Origin: Candidatus Latescibacterota bacterium
GTDB lineage: Bacteria > Latescibacterota > UBA2968 > UBA8231
Length of the DNA stretch: 64,000 bases
Direction: 5' to 3'
Assembly (NCBI GenBank): GCA_965219385.1
Contig: CBDCNM010000002.1
Location: 3,978,305 to 4,042,304 of the forward strand
Below, in pieces: positions 55,015 through 64,000 of this stretch. The stretch's first letter is position 1, and each line of letters begins with the position of its first letter. The notes under the pieces are model-generated. The model did not search any database. It had not been told where the DNA came from and saw only the letters and a list, made by a program, of their open reading frames with translations. A program made the translations under genes and the position numbers.

Positions 55015-57888
55015 ATGCAACCGAACGATCTAAAGAAGGACTTACAGCCGAAAGTCAAAGGAGAGGTGCGGTTTGATCCGGTCTCCAGGATGCTCTACCG
55101 CACGGATGCCAGTATCTACGAGATGGAACCGGAAGGGGTGGTTATTCCAAGGGATACTGAGGATATCGTCCATACAGTGGAAGTCGCCGGCCAGTACGGG
55201 GTGCCCATCCTGGCGCGTGGCGGCGGCACCAGTCTGGCCGGTCAGTCTGTAGGAGAGGCCATCCATCTGGATCTGTCCAAGTACATGAACCGTATAATTG
55301 AATTGAATCCCTCCGAAAAATGGGTCCGGGTAGAACCAGGCGTGGTCCTGGACGAACTCAACGCCTACCTGAGTCCCCACGGGCTGTTGTTCGGTCCAGA
55401 TGTAGCGACCAGTAGCCGTGCAAATTTAGGAGGTATGATCGGCAATAACTCCTGTGGTGCCCACTCCTTGATCCATGGCAAGACCATAGACCACGTCCTG
55501 GAGTTAGAGGTGGTCCTGGCCGATGGCACTCAGACGACGTTTAAACCCGTGGAAGAAGCAGAATACCGGCACAAGGCCGCCCAGAAGGATCTCGAGGGGC
55601 GGATTTATTGCCAAGTACAGCGCCTTACTCGAGAGAACCGCGAGGAGATACAACAGCGCTTTCCCAGGGTGATGAGACGGGTCTCTGGGTACAACCTGGA
55701 TGAATTCATCCATCCCGATCGGCCTTTTGACCTGTCCAAAATCGTGGTCGGTTCTGAAGGAACCCTTTGCGTGGTGGTGGAAGCCAAGCTGAATCTGGTA
55801 GAGCTTCCGCGGCAGACGGCGCTGGTTGCCTGTCATTTCGAGGATCTGATCGAAGCCATGGAAGCCAATATCGAAATTCTGGAAACCGGTCCGGCTGCCA
55901 TAGAAATGGTCGACAAGATCCTGCTCGACCAGACCAAAGGGTCCATCGAACACGCCGGAAATCGCAGCTTCTTGCAGGGGGATCCCGGGGCCCTCCTCTT
56001 CGTGGAGTACTACGGGGAGACCGAGGAGGAGTTATGGGAAAGAATGGATCACCTTGAAGCTCGATTGCTGCAGAAAAACCTGGGCTACGCCTTTTTCAAG
56101 GCCTGTGAAAGCGAAGATCAAAAGAAAATATGGGACCTGCGCAAGGCGGGATTGGGCTTGCTGATGGGTATGAAAGGGGACGCCAAACCCAATCCCGGGG
56201 TGGAAGATACCTGTGTGCCGGCGGTTCATTTACCTGAGTACGTGGAAAGGGTCCAGGAGTTGATGAGCGAGTGTGGAGTGCTGGCCGAATACTATGGACA
56301 TGCCAGCGTGGGGGTTTTGCACATACGGCCGATACTCAATTTGAAGTCCCCGGAAGGTATAGCAACCCTGCGCATTCTCGAGGATCGAATGAGCGACCTG
56401 GTGGCGAAATATGGTGGCTCCATGTCCGCCGAGCACGGAGACGGACTGGCGCGCAGTGAGTGGATCCCCAAAATGTTCGGGGCCCGGTTGGTCCGCGCTT
56501 TCGAGGAGGTCAAGGATGTGTTCGATCCGCATAATCTGATGAATCCGGGCAAGATTGTACGGGCTCCCAAAATGGATGAGAATCTGCGTTATGGGCCGGA
56601 TTACCATACTGGAGAGCTGGAAACATTCTTCGACTTTTCCGCGGAAGGCGGGTTCGAACAGGCTACCGAGATGTGTTCGGGGGTGGGCCATTGTCGCAAG
56701 AAGTTGGTGGGTACTATGTGTCCATCCTATATGGCTACCCTGGAAGAGGAACACTCTACTCGCGGGCGGGCCAATGCATTGCGGGCCGCTCTGGCCGGGC
56801 GTATGCCCGGGGAGGGACTGGCGAATTCCGAACTCTTTGAGGTGATGGATCTGTGTTTGGAATGTAAGGCCTGTAAGGCCGAGTGTCCTTCGAATGTAGA
56901 CATGGCCAAGCTCAAATACGAGTTCCTGGCCCATTACTACGAGAAGCACGGCTACCCTCTGCGCTCTCACCTCTTCGCTAAAATTCACAAACTCAGCCGT
57001 TGGGCTACGGCTTTGACCCCCGTGTCCAACTGGATCGCAGGTAGTGTCCTGAACCGTTGGGTATTGGACCGATTTTTGGGCATCGCCCAGCAGCGCCGCT
57101 TGCCTCGTTTTGCCAGTCAGCGTTTTTCGACCTGGTTCGACAAGCGCAACTACAGGAAAGAAGGAGACAAGGGTACCGTGGTGTTGTTCAATGATACCTT
57201 TGTGGAATACAACGAACCACAGATTGCCATGGCCGCTACCATCATTCTGGAAGCCGCAGGTTTCAACGTGGTACTGGCGAAGAACAAGGTGTGTTGTGGC
57301 CGGCCCTTGATCTCCAAAGGGTTCCTGCGCCAGGCCAGGGCCCATGCCCAAAAGAATGTGGATGTGCTGGCGCCTTATGTGGAAAAGGGCTGGCCCATCA
57401 TCGGCCTTGAACCCAGTTGTGTTCTGAGTTTCAGAGACGATTACCTGGACCTGGTGGACGATCCTCGGGCAAGGCTGGTAGCGGATCAAGTTTACATGCT
57501 GGAGGAATATCTGGTCAAACTGGCCAGGGAAAACAGGCTGGATCTCAAGTTTACCCGCACCCCCCGTAGGATTTTAGTCCATGGTCATTGCCACCAGAAA
57601 GCCCTGGTGGGCACGGCGGCGACCCTTGAGGTAATTAATATGCCCCCCTTTTTCGAAGCTACGGAGATCGCCTCGGGATGTTGTGGTATGGCCGGTAGCT
57701 TCGGATACGAAAAGGAACACTACCAGGTATCCATGAAGGTAGGCGAGGAACGGCTTTTCAAGGTTCTGCGGGCCGCCGACCCGGAGGTGGAGATCGCGGC
57801 GGTGGGCACCTCGTGTCGGCATCAGATTGCCGACGCCACGGGACGCCGGGCCCGCCACTGGGCCGAGATCCTGGTGGAGGCTATATAG
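55015..57888 (+). CDS. FAD-binding / Fe-S oxidoreductase (GlcD-GlcF fusion, YdiJ-like 2-hydroxyacid dehydrogenase)
   Basis: RGGGTSLAGQ, GSEGTL, AEHGDG, CSGVGHC...MCPS, CLECKACKAECP, CCG motifs. Confidence 0.9.
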   Translation: MQPNDLKKDLQPKVKGEVRFDPVSRMLYRTDASIYEMEPEGVVIPRDTEDIVHTVEVAGQYGVPILARGGGTSLAGQSVGEAIHLDLSKYMNRIIELNPSEKWVRVEPGVVLDELNAYLSPHGLLFGPDVATSSRANLGGMIGNNSCGAHSLIHGKTIDHVLELEVVLADGTQTTFKPVEEAEYRHKAAQKDLEGRIYCQVQRLTRENREEIQQRFPRVMRRVSGYNLDEFIHPDRPFDLSKIVVGSEGTLCVVVEAKLNLVELPRQTALVACHFEDLIEAMEANIEILETGPAAIEMVDKILLDQTKGSIEHAGNRSFLQGDPGALLFVEYYGETEEELWERMDHLEARLLQKNLGYAFFKACESEDQKKIWDLRKAGLGLLMGMKGDAKPNPGVEDTCVPAVHLPEYVERVQELMSECGVLAEYYGHASVGVLHIRPILNLKSPEGIATLRILEDRMSDLVAKYGGSMSAEHGDGLARSEWIPKMFGARLVRAFEEVKDVFDPHNLMNPGKIVRAPKMDENLRYGPDYHTGELETFFDFSAEGGFEQATEMCSGVGHCRKKLVGTMCPSYMATLEEEHSTRGRANALRAALAGRMPGEGLANSELFEVMDLCLECKACKAECPSNVDMAKLKYEFLAHYYEKHGYPLRSHLFAKIHKLSRWATALTPVSNWIAGSVLNRWVLDRFLGIAQQRRLPRFASQRFSTWFDKRNYRKEGDKGTVVLFNDTFVEYNEPQIAMAATIILEAAGFNVVLAKNKVCCGRPLISKGFLRQARAHAQKNVDVLAPYVEKGWPIIGLEPSCVLSFRDDYLDLVDDPRARLVADQVYMLEEYLVKLARENRLDLKFTRTPRRILVHGHCHQKALVGTAATLEVINMPPFFEATEIASGCCGMAGSFGYEKEHYQVSMKVGEERLFKVLRAADPEVEIAAVGTSCRHQIADATGRRARHWAEILVEAI

Positions 57889-59145
57889 ATGGACTGCACC
57901 GAACTCCACCTTCCGTTCGGCTACTCCGATTTGAGCATCGAGGTGCCCAGGTCCAACCTCCTGGGAGTTTTCGCCCCTCGGGAAGACGCAGTCGAGACGG
58001 ACGAAACGAACCTGCTGGCGCATGCACTTGCCCACCCGATCGGCACCCTGCCTTTGCGCCGGCTGGGCCACCCTGGACAAAAGGTCGCGCTCGTAACCAG
58101 CGATTTGACGCGGCCTTGCCCTTCTGAACGATTATTGCCACCGGTGCTGGAAGAACTGGCCATAGCCGGAGTCGCCGATGGGGATATAACCATTGTCATT
58201 GCCCTGGGGTTGCATCGCCCGATGAGTGCCTCCGAACTCGAGGCAGCGGTGGGATCCGAAGTCTACAAGCGGGTCCGGGTGATCAACCACGATCCCACGG
58301 ATACGGTCTCCCTGGGGTATACCTCGGCCGCTACTCCGGTCGAGATTTTTCGCCCCGTGGTCGAAGCCGACCTGAAGGTTTGTCTGGGCAACCTGGAGTT
58401 TCACTATTTTGCTGGCTATTCGGGTGGGGCCAAGGCGATTCTGCCTGGCTGTGCTTCCAGGGCCACCCTGAATGCCAACCATGCTATGATGGTGCGCCCC
58501 GACGCGTGTGCTGGACGGCTGGAGGACAATCCGGTCCGCACCGACATTGAGGAAGGGGCGGCCATGGTAGGGGTGGATTTCATCCTCAATGTACTGGTAG
58601 ACGGTCACCATCGCATTGATGGCGCTGTGGCCGGCCATGTGCAAGCCGCTCACCGCCGGGGATGCGAACTGGTGGCACAGCGCGGCACGGTCCCAATTCC
58701 TGGAAGAGCCGATATCGTGGTGGTGAGCGCAGGAGGTTATCCAGCGGATTTAAACATGTACCAGGCGCAGAAAGCCCTCGACAATGCATCACATGCCGTA
58801 CGGGAGGGAGGGATTGTCATCTGGGTAGCCGAGTGCAGCGAAAGTCTGGGCAATCAGACCTTTGAAAGCTGGTTGTTGGATGCGGACACCCCCGATCAGA
58901 TCCTGGAACGCATCCAGCGCGAGTTTGTGCTGGGCGGGCACAAGGCAGCTGCAATGGCTTCGGTGATGCAACGGGCCAGGATCTATCTGGTCTCGGGGTT
59001 ACCCGATGATTTGGTGCGGGATTGCGGACTGGTTCCCCACGGCGATTTGCCTACGGCCTTTGACGCGGCGCGCGAGGAATTGGGGTCAGGGGCCAGTGTG
59101 CTTGCACTGCCCCAGGGGGGCTCGGTCATGCCGGTGGTCGGCTAG
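57889..59145 (+). CDS. larA: Nickel-pincer-dependent lactate racemase family protein
   Basis: SDLTRP, ALGLHR, HYFAGYSGGAKAILPG, NMYQAQKAL. Confidence 0.88.
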   Translation: MDCTELHLPFGYSDLSIEVPRSNLLGVFAPREDAVETDETNLLAHALAHPIGTLPLRRLGHPGQKVALVTSDLTRPCPSERLLPPVLEELAIAGVADGDITIVIALGLHRPMSASELEAAVGSEVYKRVRVINHDPTDTVSLGYTSAATPVEIFRPVVEADLKVCLGNLEFHYFAGYSGGAKAILPGCASRATLNANHAMMVRPDACAGRLEDNPVRTDIEEGAAMVGVDFILNVLVDGHHRIDGAVAGHVQAAHRRGCELVAQRGTVPIPGRADIVVVSAGGYPADLNMYQAQKALDNASHAVREGGIVIWVAECSESLGNQTFESWLLDADTPDQILERIQREFVLGGHKAAAMASVMQRARIYLVSGLPDDLVRDCGLVPHGDLPTAFDAAREELGSGASVLALPQGGSVMPVVG

Positions 59146-59362
59146 CTAGGTCTTTTCAGTTGCGGCAAACAGACCTAGTTGTTCGGTCTTTTCTTCTTCA
59201 AAGCCTGCCAGACCAATCCCGAGAAGGCGCACCCCGCGTTCGTGGGCCTCGGTGCGCTCGAGCAGGTCCAGGGCTTGTTAGCAGGATATCGGTCTGCCCG
59301 TTGATTGGCAAGGATAGGGAATGGGAGCGGGTGAGGGTCTGGAAATTTGGATAACGCACCTT
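59146..59362 (-). pseudogene. dinB: 3' fragment of DNA polymerase IV (little finger and clamp-binding motif)
   Basis: Translates KVRYPNFQTLTRS... then, after a 1-nt frameshift, ...GVRLLGIGLAGF...QLGLF...stop. Confidence 0.85.
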
Positions 59363-59364
59363 AG

Positions 59365-60811
59365 CTCGACTTTATCCATTTATGTAGCGTACGAGACGGT
59401 GTGTATCAAGCGGTTGAGTAGGCTTCGAGGGATTTTTATCAGGTCGTGTTGGTTGGGCAGGTTGGAAAAAGCCTGCCAGAGCCGTTGTCGGACCCAGGCC
59501 ACGGCATCGGAAAAGGTGGGTTTTCGTTTGCCATACCAGGCCGTGGCATGGCAGGGGGAGGCGCTTTTGGGGGCCAGCCGATTGGCGATGAGGGCGACCA
59601 GACTAAACAAGGCCAAGATGACCGGCGTGGTCCGGGCAATGGCCCGCTCATTCCATTGGCGTTGGGTTTCCATGCCCAGATGGGCGCGGGCTTCCTCAAA
59701 GGTAGTTTCTACCGACCAGCGTTGGAGAAAATAGGTCAGCATTTGCCGAGGGGACAGACGCACATCGGTCGAGAGCAAGGCTTGGGGCGCGAAGCGGCCG
59801 GCCGGGTCTCGGATCAGCAGCCAGCGGAGGGGCACGGCGGGCAAGCCAGTGTGATACCACAGCGCCGTTTGGCTGTAGGTTTCCACTGTATAGGGGCCGG
59901 CGGCATACCACCGGTCCAGGGTGAGGGGGTGCCAAGGGGTAGTCGGATCGTTCAGGTGCTGCTGGAGGGTGGGCTGCCGGGCGCCTTTGCCGCGGGGGCG
60001 TCCCCGCGTGTGCGGCGTGCGGGTTGGTGGTGGGTCATACAGGGCCGCATCCAACCGCAAGCGGGTAATCAGCCCCACGTGGGGCCGAACCGCGTCGAGA
60101 AAGGCCAAGGCGGAGAAGGTGCTATCGGCGACCACGACCAGCCGGCGGGTGGGCAGCCAGCGCGCTACCAGCTTGAGCATAGTCTGCCCCCGTTGCAACA
60201 GGGTGAGGGGGGTGCGCTGGCGCTGAGTATAGTAGCGGGCCGACGGACACAGCACACTCATAAAGGGTAAGGCCCAACTTCGATCCGCCCAAGGGATAGG
60301 CGCTACCAGCATCAACGACAGCCAGCGCAAGCCGCTAGCCTTGACCAGGTGGGGCCCACTCGAGCGGACGGGATCCCGGTAGATGCCTCGGGCCCCAATC
60401 TGGGCGCCCCGGCGCCGCTCGATGGTCTCATCCAGGCCCAGGACCAGGGGCCCGTGGGGGGCAAAGGCGGCCACCAACGCCTGGAGGAGTAGCTTACTGC
60501 CGGCCAGGGGCGACCACACACAGCGGTTGAGGATCCGGTGGTAGGTTTGAAAGGTAGGCTGTTGGCTCAAGCCCAACACCTCCAACACGGCGCTGACCGT
60601 GCGTTTACCCGGGGCTAACAGCGCCCCGACCAACAGCGTCTGAGCCTGCGGCCAAACGCGGCTCGAAAAAAGGGGGGCAAAGGGCGACAAAATCGTTATT
60701 ATATCTTTCGGCAGGGGGCTCATCGGTTTCTCCTGGGCTGTCGATGCTTGGATACCATCAACAGTACGGAGGATACCGGCCTCCTGCCATGCGCGTTTGG
60801 ATAAAATCGAG
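59365..60811 (-). mobile_element. IS701-like (DDE) insertion sequence; transposase 59380-60723
   Basis: Ends CTCGACTTTATCCA / TGGATAAAATCGAG (1 mismatch), flanked by CTTAG direct repeats. Motifs GLDET, VADS.F and RWSVETTFEE...LG. The ORF is uninterrupted. Confidence 0.88.
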
Positions 60812-60815
60812 CTTA

Positions 60816-61747
60816 GAGGCCGTCTGAAAACCATGTTTATTCTAAGCGAGTCGTTTGAGTAGCAAGTAAATCATGGCGATCTGAATCAACGCTTCGCTGT
60901 GGCGGGTCAACACTTCATAATCTCGGGCATGCCGACGAAAGTTCATCAACCACGCAAAGGTTCGTTCGACCACCCACCGTCGTTTGAGCGGTGTAAATCC
61001 ATTTCCTTGTTTAGCGACGACTTCCAAGTCGATCTTATGCGTCTTTTTTAAGTCGGCTACCCACCCTTTGAGATCGGCTCCCGCAGAGCCGCCATTGACC
61101 CACAGCTTACGTAGCCTAGGTAGGCCGGGCGCAACATAGCGGGTCAACACCCGCTTCAAGCCGTCCCGATCGCCCACATCGGCGGCGGTGACTTCCACCG
61201 GCCGGATCCATCCCAAGGTATCTACCCACAGGTGACGTTTGCGTCCTTTGATCTTTTTGCCGGCGTCATAACCGATTGTTTCTCCTTGGGTTGCCGTCTT
61301 GATGGTCTGGCTATCGACCCCGCCGGCCGACGGGGTCGATAGCCGACCCTGCCGGCGGCGTTCCCGCTGGGTGAGTCGATCCAATATCGGCGGCCAGACC
61401 CCTTGTAGGCTCCAGCGGCGAAAGTAGTCATACACCGTTTTCCACGGCCCCAAACTCGCGGGTAACAAAGCCCAAGGACAGCCGGTCTTGGTCAGATACA
61501 AAAGACCATTGATGATCTGGCGTGGATCCCGCCGCGGGCGGCCCGGCCCGCCAGGAGGCCACGTCGAGGCGGGTAGTAACGGCTTGATTAGACGCCATTG
61601 CGCATCGGTTAGATCGGTGGCATATTCGTCGGCAGGCGTACTCATCATCGGGGCCTTTCTATTCAGATTTTGTGGTGAAACCTGAATATGGCCCGATGAG
61701 TACGCCGATTCAAATACGGGCTACATCAAGAGTTTTCAGACGGCCTC
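60816..61747 (-). mobile_element. IS5-family insertion sequence; single-ORF transposase 60842-61648
   Basis: Perfect 16-bp inverted repeats GAGGCCGTCTGAAAAC / GTTTTCAGACGGCCTC with a TA duplication. Motifs YATDLTDAQW, DSQTIK, GYDAGKKIKGRKRH, RRWVVERTFAWL. LWVNGG replaces the usual LWxDGG. Confidence 0.92.
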
Positions 61748-62639
61748 TAAGGGTCACAACCCGGCCCTTCAGGTTGCGGAGTCGCAGGCGGCCACTGAGT
61801 TCCTCGGCCAATTCATTTAAGGCCGCGTGCATTTCCCGGGTATCGTATACATCGGCCGGAAAAGTGGTTTCCTGGCCGAGCTGTTTGGGCGCGCGCTCGG
61901 TGGTGACTGGGTCATCGTCCCGGCCATTGGCCAGATCCCACAAATGGGCTCCGCGCTTGCCGAACCGCCCCACCAGGGTTTGCCGTGGCAGGTTCCCCAG
62001 TTGCCCTATAGTAAAAACCCTCATCTCTTCCAACCTGGTTCGGGTGACCTGGCCAACACCCGGGATCTTAGATACGGGCAAATTCCGCAAAAACTTCTCC
62101 ACTTGATCGGGCATGATCACGAACAGGCCATCGGGCTTTTCATGGTCGGAGGCGATTTTGGCCAGGAATTTGCAGGGAGCCACTCCGGCGGATGCCGTCA
62201 GGTGTAGTTGCCGGCGTATATCCGCCTTAATCATCTTGGCGACCCGCGAGCCAAAGGGTATATCCAGCTTGTTATAGGTTACATCCAGATAGGCCTCGTC
62301 CAGGGCTACAGGTTCGATCAGGTCGGTGTACTCCCGGAAGATGGCGTGGAACTGGGCGGAAACGCGGCGGTACTTGGCGAAGTCGGCCTGGACGCGGATG
62401 AGGTGCGGACATAACCGCAGAGCGGTTTTCATGGGCATGGCCGAATGGATGCCAGAGGCCCGGGCCTCGTAGGAGGCCGCCGCAACCACGCCGCGCGCCC
62501 CGGGGTCGCCTCCAACCACCACAGGTTGCCCGACCAACTCGGGATTGTCGCGCTGTTCGACCGAGGCGTAAAAGGCATCCATGTCGATGTGGATTATCTT
62601 GCGTTGGGTGGAAGGTTTATAGGTGGAGGGCCGGCTCAT
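61748..62639 (-). pseudogene. dinB: 5' part of DNA polymerase IV, interrupted by IS insertion
   Basis: IIHIDMDAFYASVEQRD, AASYEAR, ALDEAYLD, KFLAKIASD..KPDG. Homology ends at VVTL, where the IS5 inverted repeat begins. Confidence 0.93.
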
Positions 62640-63703
62640 GTTCGGGAAATAAATGGCAGGGCGATGATCTCGGCTCTACAGGTCGTGCCATTCAGCGAAA
62701 AATCGACCGCGGTACCCGGGTTGCAGTGGGCGCTGCGGACATAGGCCAGGGCGATGTTGTGCCGCAGGCGAGGAGAGTATGTGGCCGAGGTAATTTTGCC
62801 CACTGCCCTTCCTCCTACTTCGAGAGGCGTTGCAAAAGTGGGCAAGGCGCCTTGCGGTAATTTGAGCCCCATGAGGTGTTGCTTCACCTTGTCGTAGGTA
62901 TTCAGACGGGCGATCACTTCCTGGCCGATATAGCAGCCTTTGTCCATGTGAATGACGTGATTCAAGCCGGCCTCCCAGGGGTTGTGGTCTTCGGTCAACT
63001 CGCGCTCGTACAAAGGTATTCCGACCTCGATGCGCAGGATTTCAAAGGCTTCTTCGCCCATGGGTCGGGCGCCACTGGCCCGTAGCTTTAGCCAGATATT
63101 CCGCGCTTCCTGGATGGGGCCTATCACCCTCAGGCCGGCGTGGCCGGAAAAATCTAGGCGCATTAACCAGGGCTCGTCCTGTTGGGGACGGCTCAGTAGA
63201 TGGTGGTTGGCAGCCTTGCGCAGGTCTATGTCCAGGGCTGTCGAGGCAATATCCACCGCCCGCGGACCGGACAGATCGATCATGGCGGTTGTGGGGGTGA
63301 TGTCCTCCAGGGTGATATCTTCGCTGAAGATATAGCGGTCGAGCCATGCGGGAACCTGCTCGCGGCCCGGTGGACTGAGGATGGCGAGAGTAGATGCTGC
63401 GTCCCGGTAAAAGATGCCCAACTCCAGGATGCGGCCCCGGTTGTCGGGTAAAACCGCCTCGAAACCACTGCCGGATTGCAGGGTGGCGAAATCATTGGTG
63501 CTCATGCGGTGCAGGAGATCCAGGTGGTCCTTGCCGCTGATACAGATGCGGCCCCAGTGCGAAGTGTCCCGCAGCACTGCCGCCGAATGTGCAGCCTGGT
63601 GTTCGACCTGGATATCGCCGTAGTGGGCGGGCATTTCCCAGCTGGAATAGGTCGAGTACTCGGCACCTTGTTCCTGGGTTAGATCGAACAGGGGACTCTG
63701 CAA
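62636..63703 (-). CDS. GcvT/YgfZ-like folate-binding (aminomethyltransferase family) protein
   Basis: PAHYG, LRIEVGIP, KGCYIGQEVIAR (YgfZ motif), SPRL...IALAYV. Confidence 0.88.
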   Translation of the reverse strand: MQSPLFDLTQEQGAEYSTYSSWEMPAHYGDIQVEHQAAHSAAVLRDTSHWGRICISGKDHLDLLHRMSTNDFATLQSGSGFEAVLPDNRGRILELGIFYRDAASTLAILSPPGREQVPAWLDRYIFSEDITLEDITPTTAMIDLSGPRAVDIASTALDIDLRKAANHHLLSRPQQDEPWLMRLDFSGHAGLRVIGPIQEARNIWLKLRASGARPMGEEAFEILRIEVGIPLYERELTEDHNPWEAGLNHVIHMDKGCYIGQEVIARLNTYDKVKQHLMGLKLPQGALPTFATPLEVGGRAVGKITSATYSPRLRHNIALAYVRSAHCNPGTAVDFSLNGTTCRAEIIALPFISRT

Positions 63704-64000
63704 ATTTATTTTCCTAGCTCTGAGTTTTGCTCCTAAGAAGGCTCCTAATATTCAGTACTTCACGGAATCGGCGGGCGGGGCTGGGTGGGGATGGTGCCTC
63801 TGGGGTTTTATGAGGCCCAGGGCGCTCTTGCCCCGCTCCCCCTTCCCGCTGCTACGCCTGCTGGCAGCCCACCCTCCCAGCCTTGAGGTCCAAATAGTTA
63901 CGGGTATTTCGTGCAGTAGTGAATATTGCCAAGATACTCGAAACCTGGTGCCCGGGCAAGGTCTAGGTTTCAAGTGTTCTCGATAATCTCGAAACGGGAG

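Noticed and set aside
54678..55076. 132-aa ORF upstream of the FAD oxidoreductase
   Set aside because: No motifs, atypical composition and out-of-frame overlap with the real gene start. More likely promoter DNA.
61710..61747. ORF-track C-terminus of DinB (RGRLKTLDVARI) as the real protein end
   Set aside because: These codons are read from the IS5 inverted repeat. The true C-terminus lies at 59146-59362.

Overview
GC-rich bacterial chromosomal window, probably from a diderm lineage (GT9 heptosyltransferase-like gene, TonB C-terminal domain, RlpA). Both flanks are mostly housekeeping or metabolic: PDH/acetoin E1 alpha/beta, ferredoxin, sulfite/nitrite reductase, galU, nnr, carB, pyrK/pyrD, rlpA, pcm, a stand-alone rplC, a stand-alone infC with a probable ATC start, zapA, larA and a GcvT-like gene. 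Between rlpA and pcm (about 24.1-42.5 kb) lies an all-plus-strand accessory island that looks like an unusual ribosomal-peptide (bacteriocin/RiPP) system. It encodes a TPR protein, an 89-aa Gly/Ala-rich two-Cys precursor without a double-glycine leader, two membrane proteins plus an ABC ATPase, a peptidase-less ABC exporter with a small accessory protein, a CxxC thioredoxin-like protein, two YIP1 proteins, a cytoplasmic S8 protease fused to a DUF1611-like domain, an acyl carrier protein and a MacAB/YknWXYZ-like exporter. The working hypothesis is leader cleavage coupled to ACP-dependent acylation of a class II-like peptide. Mobile DNA includes two IS5-family elements, an IS701-like element, an ISL3/IS66 chimeric remnant and a 203-bp MITE. 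dinB is split by two insertions whose order can be read from the junctions. A candidate short promoter-terminator RNA lies upstream of zapA. No rRNA, tRNA or CRISPR array was seen. All family assignments come from motif recognition, not database searches.
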